Notes: generated from the letters alone by a model not told the origin. A DNA stretch of 32,000 bases from Halogeometricum borinquense DSM 11551 (GCF_000172995.2 NC_014729.1:1710001-1742000), one strand, 5' to 3'; positions 9,094 through 18,058 are shown, numbered from the stretch's first letter. Numbers and translations: made by a program.

Positions 9094-9495
9094 TCAGTAG
9101 CCACCGAAGATGACGAGAAAGTTGGACAGCGATGCGATAGCCCACGGCGTTGCGACAGCGAGGGGGATGAGCGGACGCCCCATCGGCGGCGCGATGCGCG
9201 TGAAGACGACGGCGACACCGATGACGAACGTCTTCAGCGCGACCATTGCCGGGAGCGGCCCGAAGAGGACCATCGTTGCGCGGGCGACGGGATTCGCCTC
9301 CTCGAAGCCGAGGCTGAGACCGTAGGCGGTGAGCGCCACGTCGAGGAGGTATGTGACAACGACAGCGACCCAGAGTACACCCTCTCGCTCCGCAAGGAGG
9401 TCGAGGAGGTTAGTGACTGTGGTTGCCGACGTCGAGACGTTGGGGGCTGCCATATCACGCCTCTCGGCGGGAACACTCCTCAGTAGTCGGTGCAT
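9094..9495 (-). CDS. Small integral membrane protein (DUF5658-like, tentative)
   Basis: 133 aa from the ATG at 9495. An alternative ATG at 9453 gives 119 aa. Four predicted hydrophobic helices. The motif LLDVALTAYGLSLGFEEANPVAR resembles the D..T..G...G..E.NP signature of that family. Lies 82 nt downstream of pccB on the same strand. Confidence 0.7.
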   Translation of the reverse strand: MHRLLRSVPAERRDMAAPNVSTSATTVTNLLDLLAEREGVLWVAVVVTYLLDVALTAYGLSLGFEEANPVARATMVLFGPLPAMVALKTFVIGVAVVFTRIAPPMGRPLIPLAVATPWAIASLSNFLVIFGGY

Positions 9496-9577
9496 AGCGA
9501 GTGATTCTCCTACTAAGGGGAACGTTACCGTTCGGTAAACGTCGGCATATATTCCGGTGGAGGGCCATCAGTCCGCC

Positions 9578-11362
9578 TTAGATAACGGTGCCGTGCTTTT
9601 TATCCGGGAGAGATTTGTCAACGTCCGCGTAGAACGCGAACCGGCCGGCGAGTTCGGCGCGGAGATCCGAGGGTGGCACGATTTCGTCGATGACGACTTC
9701 GCTGGCCATCCGGTGGGCGTCGATGTCTTCGCGGTACTCCTCGCGGAGTTCGTCCTCGCGTTGCTTCCGTTCTTCGGGGTCGTCTATCTCCGCGAGTTTG
9801 TTGGCGTAGACGGCGTTGATCGCCGCTTCCGGACCCATAATTCCGATCTCGCCCGACGGGAGAGCGATGACGCTTTCGGGGTCGTAGGCGGGGCCGCCCA
9901 TCGCGTAGATACCTGCGCCGTAGGCTTTGCGGACGACCACCGTTTGCTTGGGAACCGTCGCAGACGACGTCGCGTAGATGAACTTCTTGCCTTTCTCCAA
10001 GATAGCGTCTTTCTCGACCTGCGACCCGGCCATGAAGCCCGGTGTGTCACACAGGTAGAGCAGCGGAATCTCGTAGGCGTCGCAGGTCCAGATGAACTCG
10101 GCCGCCTTCTCGGCCGCGTCGGGGAAGATAGCGCCCGACCGCTGGGTTGGTTGGTTGGCGACGACGCCGACGGGCCGGCCGTCGATGCGGGCGAACGCGG
10201 TGACGATTTCCTTTCCGTAGTCGGGCTTGAGTTCGAAGACGGATCCGGCGTCGACGACACGGTCCAAGAGGTCGTGAACGTCGTACGGGCGGTTCGGCGC
10301 TTCGGGAATGAGTTCGTCGATGCCGTCGGGCGAATACTTCGGCGGCACCGTCTCAGACTGCGGTGGTTTCTCACCGGCTTTGTCGGGCAGATACGACATC
10401 AACTGTGCGACGAGTTGGCGGGCATGCGCCTCGTCGCGGGCAACGAGGTCCGCGCTGCCGGACTCCTCGGCGTGCATCCGTGCGCCGCCGAGGTCCTGCA
10501 TGTCGATCTCCTCGCCGGTGACCATCTCGACCATGCGCGGGGAAGCGATAGCCATCGCGGACATTCCCTCGACCATGATGGTGAAATCCGCGAAGACGGG
10601 CGTGTAGGCGGCGCCGGCGATACACGGACCGTACAGGACGCAGATCTGCGGAACGCGCCCCGAGAGCATCGAGTGGTTGTAGTAGTACTTGCCTATCCCT
10701 TCGCGGTTGGCGAAAAAGCCCGTCTGCTGATCGATACGTCCGCCGGAGGAATCCATCAGGTAGAGGACGGGCTTGCCGTTCTTCAGGGCGCGCTGCTGCA
10801 TTCGAAGGAACTTCTCGACGCCGTGGCGCGCCATCGACCCTGCCTTTACGGTGAAATCGTTCGCCATGAAGTGGAGGTCGCGCCCCTCGAACGTCGCCGC
10901 GCCCGTGATGAGGCCGTCGGCGGGCAGGCGGTTGCCCTCGTCGTCTTCCTCGACTTCGGGGCTGTCGGGGTGCCATCCGTCGAAGTGAGCGAACTTGCCG
11001 TCTTCGAACCGAATCCCGTTCTCGGTGTCTGTTTCCTCGCTTGCGGATTCGCCGGTCGAGTCAAACCAAAGGTTGAGTCTGTCGCGGACGAACAGTTTCC
11101 CTTGATCTGCAAGGCGGTCGCGGTACTTTTTCGGACCCCCTTCGAGGATGTCACGAATCTCCTCGCGTAAAGCGGCCTCCCGCTCCGTCGGCTCCAGCTC
11201 GTCGTCCAGCGGATACTGCGTCGTCGGTGCCTCAGCCGTCGCCGCCGGTGCGTCCTCGCCGTCCGCGTATACTTCGACTGCCGTGCCGAGGTGTCGTGCG
11301 AGGGCACCCGCGATGGCGGACGCTTCTTCGTCGGAGGCGTCCGCGCCGATTCGGACCTTCAT
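9578..11362 (-). CDS. pccB: Acyl-CoA (propionyl-CoA) carboxylase carboxyltransferase beta subunit with an N-terminal extension
   Basis: 594 aa, ATG start. Both carboxyltransferase halves are present (GKLFVRDRLNLWFD..., GRIDGRPVGVVANQP..., LLYLCDTPGFMAGS). The first ~70 aa precede the usual start of the family. Confidence 0.93.
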   Translation of the reverse strand: MKVRIGADASDEEASAIAGALARHLGTAVEVYADGEDAPAATAEAPTTQYPLDDELEPTEREAALREEIRDILEGGPKKYRDRLADQGKLFVRDRLNLWFDSTGESASEETDTENGIRFEDGKFAHFDGWHPDSPEVEEDDEGNRLPADGLITGAATFEGRDLHFMANDFTVKAGSMARHGVEKFLRMQQRALKNGKPVLYLMDSSGGRIDQQTGFFANREGIGKYYYNHSMLSGRVPQICVLYGPCIAGAAYTPVFADFTIMVEGMSAMAIASPRMVEMVTGEEIDMQDLGGARMHAEESGSADLVARDEAHARQLVAQLMSYLPDKAGEKPPQSETVPPKYSPDGIDELIPEAPNRPYDVHDLLDRVVDAGSVFELKPDYGKEIVTAFARIDGRPVGVVANQPTQRSGAIFPDAAEKAAEFIWTCDAYEIPLLYLCDTPGFMAGSQVEKDAILEKGKKFIYATSSATVPKQTVVVRKAYGAGIYAMGGPAYDPESVIALPSGEIGIMGPEAAINAVYANKLAEIDDPEERKQREDELREEYREDIDAHRMASEVVIDEIVPPSDLRAELAGRFAFYADVDKSLPDKKHGTVI

Positions 11363-11424
11363 ACCCGGGACTGCGCGCGGTTGTTCAAAATGGTTTTCTA
11401 TGTAGTATTTGCCGACCGCCCGTA

Positions 11425-12324
11425 TCAGTCCTCGGCGAAGGCGGCTTCGAGTTTTTCAATAAGTTCCTCGTTGCCGACGTACACCGGCGTCCGCGCGTGC
11501 AACTCGTCTTTTTCGACCGCCAGCAGCGACTGCTCGCCGTCGGAGGACCGCCCGCCTGCCGTCTCGATGATGTATCCAACTGGGTACCCCTCGAACTGAA
11601 CGCGGAGTTTCCCTTCGGGACTGTCCTGTAACGTCGGGTACGCGAAGATACCACCGTACGTGAGAATCTGGTTCACGTCGCCGATCATCGACCCGCCGTA
11701 GCGGAGTTTCATGCTCGCGTCGGATTCGATGTCGCGGGCGTACTCGGTGAACGATTCGACCCAATCGGGGACGCGCCCGCCGAAGCCGTACACGGTCGGG
11801 TCGTCCGGAAGCGTGATATCCTCGCGGACAGCCTCGTACTCGCCGTCTTCCTGAATGACGTACTCAGTAACAGTGTCGTCGCGGGCGACGATCATCGTCG
11901 TCGTCGCACCGTAGAGGACGTACGCCGCCGCCAGCATATCGGCACCCGTCGCCGGAATCGGGGCGTCGTAAACGGCGACAATGGTCCCCATCGTGTTGTT
12001 CGGTTTCAGGTTCGAAGACCCGTCGAGCGGGTCTACACAGACGGAGAGGCCCGAACCCGTATCGATCACCGCAGGACGCTCTTCGCTCGCGTACTCACCG
12101 ACACCGTCGATGTCACCGATTCGTTCGCAGAGCAGGTCGTCGGCGTAGACATCCGCTTCCATCTGCGTCTCGCCGGACGGATTGTCTTCCTCGGCGTAGA
12201 TGCGCCGTCCGGGCAGTCCGGAGCGAATTTCGGGGGCAGCGCGGGCGACTACGTCGAAAATTTGGGTGATAGTCGATTCGTCCGATTCCGTTTCCGTGGG
12301 GTTTGTCTCATCCTTCGTGGCCAT
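11425..12324 (-). CDS. fbp: Class 1 fructose-1,6-bisphosphatase
   Basis: 299 aa, ATG start. Contains GEYASEE, the metal-binding VDPLDGSSN and the GGIFAYP region typical of FBPase class 1. Confidence 0.92.
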   Translation of the reverse strand: MATKDETNPTETESDESTITQIFDVVARAAPEIRSGLPGRRIYAEEDNPSGETQMEADVYADDLLCERIGDIDGVGEYASEERPAVIDTGSGLSVCVDPLDGSSNLKPNNTMGTIVAVYDAPIPATGADMLAAAYVLYGATTTMIVARDDTVTEYVIQEDGEYEAVREDITLPDDPTVYGFGGRVPDWVESFTEYARDIESDASMKLRYGGSMIGDVNQILTYGGIFAYPTLQDSPEGKLRVQFEGYPVGYIIETAGGRSSDGEQSLLAVEKDELHARTPVYVGNEELIEKLEAAFAED

Positions 12325-12605
12325 CGGTCAGAACACACCTCCGTATGTCGAGACGGAGCGTGTAGGGGGCGTCTCGGTGCGTCATCGACGGTCGGGAAGT
12401 CAGTCGGTCAGGGGGGATACCGTCGGACGTACCACCGGTTCTCATCAGTTCCGAGTCCGGTCAGCAAATATATAAAGATGGTGTCGTTAGGGTGCTATAT
12501 CCGCACCCACAACAGACGATTATGCAGCTCTAAGAGGCTCTATAGCGTCGCAAAAATTGCTCTCAATAAATTAATTCGAAGAGTAAATAGTTCTCGTGCG
12601 TTGGG

Positions 12606-13649
12606 TCAGTCGAAAGACGCTCGTGCCGCCTCGCACCACCGTTCGACGCGTCGTTGGTCGAGTTCGAGCGCGTCAGCCACACTCTCTGGGTCAGCAGTGG
12701 CGAGTCGGCGGACCGACCGGATACCCGCGTCCGCGAGTCGGTCCGCGTGAGTGTCGTCCACACCGCCGAGGACCGTCACCGGCGTTGGCGCACTCTGTTC
12801 GCGCCATTCTGCCTCCGCCTCGGTAGTGAACACGTCCGATTCGTCGTCGCCGCGCACTGAGTCCGACGCGGTGTCGTCACGCACCGATTCAGTCGCACGC
12901 TCACGCCATGCGGCCTCTCCAGTCGTCTCTGCGTCGTCGGCATCGGCCTCAGTTGCCTTCTTCCGCCATTCGACCTCTTCGTCTCGGGTCGGGTCCTCGT
13001 TTCCATCCGCGGACGCTTGCGCTGTCGCCCGCCACGCGGATTCGCCGTCGGTCGGTGAGGCCTCATCGGAGTCACCGTCAGCCTCGAACTCTGCGCTTTG
13101 GGTCTGCCATTCCGACTCCGCGTTTGTCGCGTCGCCGGAGCCGTCCGTCTCTGCGGGAGCATCGTCTTCGGCCCATCCCGACGAGGCGGCGACCCACGCG
13201 CGCTCTTCGTCGTCCAAGCCGCGGACCTGCGAGGACCGCCGCGACAGATCCGAATCCGTGGAGTCGAACGACCACGACAGCGAGTGTTCGCGCCGAATCT
13301 TCGCAGCTACCCCCGGATGGACGCCCTGTTCAGTTAGATCGCGGTAGGAGATACGCTTGCGAGTGATATCTTCCACGCCGATAGCCGAGTCGCGCAGTGC
13401 CTCGGCGGTCTTCGGGCCGATGAATCGTAACTCTTCGAACGTCTCGGGGACATCCTCGTCGAGTTCGTCTTCGTCGACGACGGTCCACGGAAGTGGAATC
13501 TCACCGTCGCTCGCGGTGGGCGCGGCCGCACTCCACGACCCGTCCGGCTCGCTTTCGTCTCCCCCCATCCCTCTGTCCTCCGACCCGCCGACGGCATCGC
13601 CCTCGGCGCGGTCGTCTTCCCCATTCTGGTTGTCGCCACCTTCGTTCAC
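12606..13649 (-). CDS. Highly acidic helix-hairpin-helix (HhH) domain protein with internal Trp-centred repeats
   Basis: 347 aa. The track start at 13649 is GTG, and the first ATG is at 13568. Two HhH-like segments are present: [16 protein letters not shown] near the N-terminus and [35 protein letters not shown] at the C-terminus. They are separated by about 140 aa of Asp/Glu-rich repeats. Start codon uncertain. Confidence 0.8.
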   Translation of the reverse strand: MNEGGDNQNGEDDRAEGDAVGGSEDRGMGGDESEPDGSWSAAAPTASDGEIPLPWTVVDEDELDEDVPETFEELRFIGPKTAEALRDSAIGVEDITRKRISYRDLTEQGVHPGVAAKIRREHSLSWSFDSTDSDLSRRSSQVRGLDDEERAWVAASSGWAEDDAPAETDGSGDATNAESEWQTQSAEFEADGDSDEASPTDGESAWRATAQASADGNEDPTRDEEVEWRKKATEADADDAETTGEAAWRERATESVRDDTASDSVRGDDESDVFTTEAEAEWREQSAPTPVTVLGGVDDTHADRLADAGIRSVRRLATADPESVADALELDQRRVERWCEAARASFD

Positions 13650-13792
13650 GCTTTCACCCGTTGAGGAGTACCTTCACGTTCCGCAACTTGAGAGTTTCCG
13701 TGATTGTCCGAATTCATTCACGTCCTTGTCCCGGGGACGGATTCCATCGTCGGTCCGTCACGTTTAGAAGCCGTCGCTGCGCATCGACGTTC

Positions 13793-14659
13793 ATGGACAT
13801 TCGTGAGTTACCGGATGTAGAAACGGTCGGCGTCGTCGGCGCGGGAACGATGGGCAACGGTATCGCGCAGGTGGCCGCCATGGCCGGGTACGATGTCGTG
13901 ATGCGGGACATCAAGATGGAGTTCGTCGAACGCGGCCTCGACAGCATCGAAGACTCCCTCTCGCGGTTCGTCGAGAAAGATCAACTCTCGCAGACGGAAG
14001 CAGACGACGCGCTGGACCGCATCCGCGGGACGACAGAGTTGGCAGACCTTGCCGTTGCGGATCTGGTCGTTGAGGCTGCTGTCGAAGATATGGATGTCAA
14101 GCGCGACATCTTCGCGGACTTAGACGAGGTGACGGACGAGGACGTGGTGTTGGCGACGAACACGAGCACGCTCTCGATCACTACCATCGCCGCCGCGACA
14201 GACCGCCCGGAGAACGTCGTCGGTGTTCACTTCATGAACCCCGTTCCCCTGATGAAAGGTGTCGAAGTCGTCGTCGGCGAGAAGACGGATTCGAAGGTAG
14301 TCGAACTCGCCCACGAGTTCTCCGAGGAACTCGACAAAGAGACGTGGGAGTCCGACGACAAGCCCGGATTCGTCACGAACCGCATCCTGATGCCGTGGAT
14401 AAACGAAGGTATCCGTGCCTACGACGAGGGCGTCGCCACCAAGGAGGACATCGACCGCGGGATGACGCTCGGAACGAACGTCCCGATGGGGCCGCTGACG
14501 CTGGCGGACCACATCGGCCTCGACATCTGTCTGGACGCCTCCCAGACGCTGCACGAGGAACTCGGCGACCGGTACAAACCGGCGTACCTCCTCAAGCGGA
14601 AGGTGGACGCGGGAGACCTCGGAAAGAAAACAGGGCAGGGATTCTACGACTACGACTAG
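13793..14659 (+). CDS. hbd: 3-hydroxyacyl-CoA (3-hydroxybutyryl-CoA) dehydrogenase
   Basis: Internal ATG (aa 101) of track ORF 13493..14659. Rossmann motif [31 protein letters not shown] and the C-terminal GFYDY are all typical of the family. The 100-aa track prefix is Arg/Pro rich and antisense to the HhH gene. Confidence 0.93.
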   Translation: MDIRELPDVETVGVVGAGTMGNGIAQVAAMAGYDVVMRDIKMEFVERGLDSIEDSLSRFVEKDQLSQTEADDALDRIRGTTELADLAVADLVVEAAVEDMDVKRDIFADLDEVTDEDVVLATNTSTLSITTIAAATDRPENVVGVHFMNPVPLMKGVEVVVGEKTDSKVVELAHEFSEELDKETWESDDKPGFVTNRILMPWINEGIRAYDEGVATKEDIDRGMTLGTNVPMGPLTLADHIGLDICLDASQTLHEELGDRYKPAYLLKRKVDAGDLGKKTGQGFYDYD

Positions 14660-14678
14660 GCGACGTTTCTCCCTTCTG

Positions 14679-14831
14679 CTACCACGTACACTTCGAACAT
14701 AGCTCCTCGCCGAGTTCGTCGGGTTCGGCTTCCTGCTCCGCGCTGGTGTCTACGACTGATGACTCTACGCAGGCGAGGATGTCCGTCCGATGCCACCGAC
14801 CGTCTGCGTCTTGAACGACAGTCACAGGCAT
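14679..14831 (-). CDS. Possible 50-aa acidic small protein (MPVTVVQDADGRWHRTDILACVESSVVDTSAEQEAEPDELGEELCSKCTW)
   Basis: Hand-translated ATG-to-TAG ORF in the 214-bp convergent gap, below the ORF-track cutoff. Acidic, with mostly G/C-ending codons and a C-terminal CxxC. No homology evidence. Confidence 0.3.
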   Translation of the reverse strand: MPVTVVQDADGRWHRTDILACVESSVVDTSAEQEAEPDELGEELCSKCTW

Positions 14832-14873
14832 ACGTTCGAATCATCTCAGCCGCGTTAGGAAAGACTATCGGCG

Positions 14874-15101
14874 CTATCGACGGACGGCGGCGACGACGAC
14901 GCCGGCGAAGAGGAAGACGAATCCGGTCCCGACGAACACGAACGCAAACGCCCGAACCGTCGGAAGGATGTCGCCCGCAGCAACGTACGTGAGTGCGCCT
15001 GCAAACCAGAACACAAGCGCGACGAATCCACCAACGAACAGCGCCGTACGAGCGTCGAAATAGTCGTCTGCGGGCACGAGCGGCGATTCTCGTTGTAGCA
15101 T
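14874..15101 (-). CDS. Small two-TM membrane protein (75 aa)
   Basis: Last internal ATG of track ORF 14874..15551: MLQRESPLVPADDYFDARTALFVGGFVALVFWFAGALTYVAAGDILPTVRAFAFVFVGTGFVFLFAGVVVAAVRR. The longer track version is antisense to the ABC ATPase gene. Divergent from the ABC operon. Confidence 0.55.
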   Translation of the reverse strand: MLQRESPLVPADDYFDARTALFVGGFVALVFWFAGALTYVAAGDILPTVRAFAFVFVGTGFVFLFAGVVVAAVRR

Positions 15102-15185
15102 GTTAGTTCTCACGTTGACAGACTGAGTATCAACGCTGAACATCTGCGCGAACCATTTATCCGGAGGTCGCCCTTCACCTCGCGC

Positions 15186-16172
15186 ATGATACGGGTTGAG
15201 GGGCTTCGCAAGACGTACGGCGACTTTCCCGCCGTCGTCGGAAGCGACTTCGAAGTCGAGGAAGGGGAGATATTCGGTGTTGTGGGACCGAACGGGGCAG
15301 GGAAGACCACGACGCTGAAGATGCTCTCGGGGCTTATCGAACCGACCGAGGGGACGGCGCGAATCGGCGAGTACGACGCCGGCGACCCGGAGATGCGCCG
15401 TCACCTCGGCTTTTTGCCCGAGGAATCGCCCCTGTACGAGGACATGACCGCGCGGTCGTATCTCCACTTTTTTGCGGATCTGTACGACGTGCCCCGGGAG
15501 GCGGCGACGCGCCGCACCGAGGATACGCTCGACCGACTCGAACTCGAACACCGCGACCGGCGGTTAGGAGATATGTCGAAGGGGATGAAGCGGAAGGTCG
15601 CCATCGCGCGCTCGCTGGTCAACGACCCCGACCTGCTCATCTACGACGAACCCGCGTCGGGATTGGATCCGTTAACGACGAACTACGTGTTGGAGTTCAC
15701 CCGCGATTTGGCCGAACGCGGCAAGACCGTCGTGTTCAGCGCGCACAACCTCTACCACGTCGAGAGCGTCTGCGACCGCGTCGTCATCATGAACCGCGGC
15801 GAGATAATCGCCCGCGGCACAGTACCCGAAATTCGGGAGCAACATGGCGAAACAAGCTATCACGTATTCACGACCACCGCCGTCGAGAACGCGGAGACCA
15901 CCGACGACGGCCGATACCGCCGTGTCGTCCCCGATATGGATGCCGTCGAATCGGTCCGCGAGGAGGCCGAGGCGGCGGACGGCGAAGTAGTTGACATCCG
16001 AACCCACGAGCCGAGTCTTGAGGACATTTTCTTGGACCTCGCCGGACGACCGCCCGAGACGCGCGCGGACGACAGGGGACGGGCCGCCGCCTCGCAAACC
16101 GACGGCGGCCGCTCCGCGACCGGCCCGGAGCGGGACCAACAAGAGGAAGACCGGATCGGGGGCACGCAGTGA
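15186..16172 (+). CDS. ABC transporter ATP-binding protein (ABC-2/DrrA-like exporter type) with a charged C-terminal extension
   Basis: 328 aa, ATG start. Walker A GPNGAGKTT, signature MSKGMKRKV (degenerate LSGGQ position), Walker B LLIYDEP, H-loop AHN. About 90 extra C-terminal residues. Confidence 0.93.
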   Translation: MIRVEGLRKTYGDFPAVVGSDFEVEEGEIFGVVGPNGAGKTTTLKMLSGLIEPTEGTARIGEYDAGDPEMRRHLGFLPEESPLYEDMTARSYLHFFADLYDVPREAATRRTEDTLDRLELEHRDRRLGDMSKGMKRKVAIARSLVNDPDLLIYDEPASGLDPLTTNYVLEFTRDLAERGKTVVFSAHNLYHVESVCDRVVIMNRGEIIARGTVPEIREQHGETSYHVFTTTAVENAETTDDGRYRRVVPDMDAVESVREEAEAADGEVVDIRTHEPSLEDIFLDLAGRPPETRADDRGRAAASQTDGGRSATGPERDQQEEDRIGGTQ

Positions 16173-18058
16173 GTCGGTCACTCTCGGACCGTCTTCGCGC
16201 GGTTCTACGGATCGCCCGGTGGGAGATCGAGCGCTCGGCGAGAACGCTGGACCGGCGGACCGTTGTGTTCCTCCTCGTCGCTGTCGTCCTCGCGGGCGGT
16301 ATCGCCTCTGCAGGCATGTTGTCGGGCGGTGTCGCGCTCGACAGGGATATCTACCGCGTCGGCGTCGCGTCCGATAGTCCGTATTACGAACCCGTGGCTG
16401 CCGCACCTGCGTTGACTCCGAAGGACCCCGACCCAGACGCTCTCAAAAATGGCGACTTGGATATTCTCATCGACAGAGAGCGTGTCTTCGGTCCCCCAGT
16501 GGTTACGCAGAAGAACCGGGCCGCTCTCGCCGCGCTCAACGATGCCGTCCGGCGGTACAACACGGCGATGATGCAGCAGGAGGAAAACCAGACGGCGGCG
16601 TTCCCGGTTGCCGTTTCGCTCCAGTACGTTTCACGGAGTACGTCGCTTCCGGACGGTGCGGTGGCTGACGGCGGCAGTGACGGCGGCGCTGCAACCGGTG
16701 ACGGCTCCGGAACCGGCGCGGACTCGTCCGGAACGTCGGCGGGCGGTTCGTCCAGTTCCTCGTCTAACGCTGCGTCCGGGTCATCGGCGACCGACGGGAC
16801 GAGCACGTCCCAATCCGGTGACACGGCCGCAGACGGGAGCGACGGCCCGCTCTCGATACCGAACCTTGGCGGCATCAACCCCTTCTCGGGTGGCTCAAGC
16901 GGGTCGCCAGCCGAGATTCAACCGCCGTTCCCGTTCGGGTCGTTGATGCTGGCGTTTGCCTTTCTCGTTCCGATGAACTTCGTCGTGCAGGCGTACGGGA
17001 GTACGATGCTGAACGAACGAATCAACCGGCGGGGAGAACTGCTCCTCGTCGCTCCCGTCTCGCCGGGCGATATCGTTCTCGGGAAGACGCTGCCGTATCT
17101 CACTGTCGTCCTCGGCGTGACTGCGGTCATCGCGCTCGCTGTCGGCGGCGGACTCGTCTCCGTCGCGGCGGTCGTCCCGATCGGACTGGTGTTCTTGGGC
17201 GCGACGTTCGTCGGCGCGATGTTCGCCCGGTCGTTCAAGGAACTCACGTTCGTCACCGTCGCGGTGTCTGTGTTCCTGACGGCGTACACGTTCGTCCCGG
17301 CCATCTTCACGCAGGTGACGCCCATCGCGCTCATCTCGCCGCTGACGCTCGTCGTCCGCGACTTACAGCCGACGGCGACGGTGAGTCTCGGGGCGTTCCT
17401 GTTCTCGACGGGACCGTTCGTCCTCTGCGGCGGCGTGCTGTTCGCTCTCGGCGCGGGCGTCTACCGCGAGGAGGACATGTTCACCCAGCGGTCGGTGCCG
17501 TTGAAATTCCTCGATGCCCTCGACGCACGTGTCTCTCGCCCCCGTGATGTGGCGCTCGTTTCGGGGCTTTCGATTCCGTTCGTCTTCATCGCGGAACTGC
17601 TGGCTATCGCCGTGCTGTTCGTCCTTCCCGTCGAACTGACTGTTCCCGTCCTCCTCGTTTTCGTCGCGCTCATTGAGGAGGCGGCAAAGAGCCTCCACGT
17701 CTACGCGGCGTTCGAGAAGGCTCGGTTCGAGCGGACGACCCGGACAGCACTGGTTTTGGGCGCACTCTCGGGGTTCGGCTTCTTCGTCGCCGAGAAGTTC
17801 ACCGCCGTCGCGCAAATCGTCGGTCTTCCCGAGTTGACACTTGGACGGGCCGCACTCGGTCCCGCCGGTGTCGGTCTCGATATCGGCGTCCTGCCAGCGG
17901 TTGGGTTACTCCTCGCGCCGCTGGTTCTCCACGTCGTCACAGCAGGCATCTCCGCCGTCGGTGCATCGCGCGGGAAACGGTGGTACGCCGCGTCATTCGT
18001 CGGCGCGGTGGCGGTTCACGCCGCCTACAACCTCACGGTGGTGAACGCCCTTGCGTGA
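16169..18058 (+). CDS. ABC-2 type permease fused to a C-terminal PrsW-like intramembrane protease domain
   Basis: 629 aa. GTG start overlaps the ATPase stop (GTGA). Order of parts: N-terminal TM helix, a long extracytoplasmic segment with a Ser/Gly/Asp/Thr low-complexity stretch, the ABC-2 core (LNERINRRGELLLVAPVSPGDIVLGK), then a C-terminal polytopic domain. That domain carries EEAAK (E503, E504, K507), GFGFFVAEKF, LHVVTAG and HAAYN (H617, N621). Confidence 0.85.
   Translation: MSRSLSDRLRAVLRIARWEIERSARTLDRRTVVFLLVAVVLAGGIASAGMLSGGVALDRDIYRVGVASDSPYYEPVAAAPALTPKDPDPDALKNGDLDILIDRERVFGPPVVTQKNRAALAALNDAVRRYNTAMMQQEENQTAAFPVAVSLQYVSRSTSLPDGAVADGGSDGGAATGDGSGTGADSSGTSAGGSSSSSSNAASGSSATDGTSTSQSGDTAADGSDGPLSIPNLGGINPFSGGSSGSPAEIQPPFPFGSLMLAFAFLVPMNFVVQAYGSTMLNERINRRGELLLVAPVSPGDIVLGKTLPYLTVVLGVTAVIALAVGGGLVSVAAVVPIGLVFLGATFVGAMFARSFKELTFVTVAVSVFLTAYTFVPAIFTQVTPIALISPLTLVVRDLQPTATVSLGAFLFSTGPFVLCGGVLFALGAGVYREEDMFTQRSVPLKFLDALDARVSRPRDVALVSGLSIPFVFIAELLAIAVLFVLPVELTVPVLLVFVALIEEAAKSLHVYAAFEKARFERTTRTALVLGALSGFGFFVAEKFTAVAQIVGLPELTLGRAALGPAGVGLDIGVLPAVGLLLAPLVLHVVTAGISAVGASRGKRWYAASFVGAVAVHAAYNLTVVNALA

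Noticed and set aside
9557-11170. 537-aa plus-strand ORF
   Set aside because: It is antisense to the well-supported pccB gene. Its composition is Arg/Val/Gly-rich and no motifs are present.
3133-11362. Idea that gdh + citE + maoC + pccB constitute a methylaspartate-cycle gene cluster
   Set aside because: The diagnostic genes are absent from the window: glutamate mutase mamAB, methylaspartate ammonia-lyase and mesaconate CoA-transferase. The MaoC protein is a single small hot-dog domain. The co-location may be coincidental.
13493-13792. 100-codon N-terminal extension of the 3-hydroxyacyl-CoA dehydrogenase ORF
   Set aside because: The extension is Arg/Pro/Ser rich and antisense to the HhH gene. 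The Rossmann fold begins right after the internal ATG at 13793, which has a TATA-like TTTAGA about 28 nt upstream.
14874-15551. 225-aa version of the small membrane protein ORF
   Set aside because: Everything upstream of the ATG at 15101 is antisense to the ABC ATPase gene and lacks protein-like features. Only the last 75 codons look genuine.
15672-16406. 244-aa minus-strand ORF and neighbouring 101-149-aa ORFs
   Set aside because: They are antisense to the ABC ATPase and permease junction, Arg/Pro rich, and have no motifs.
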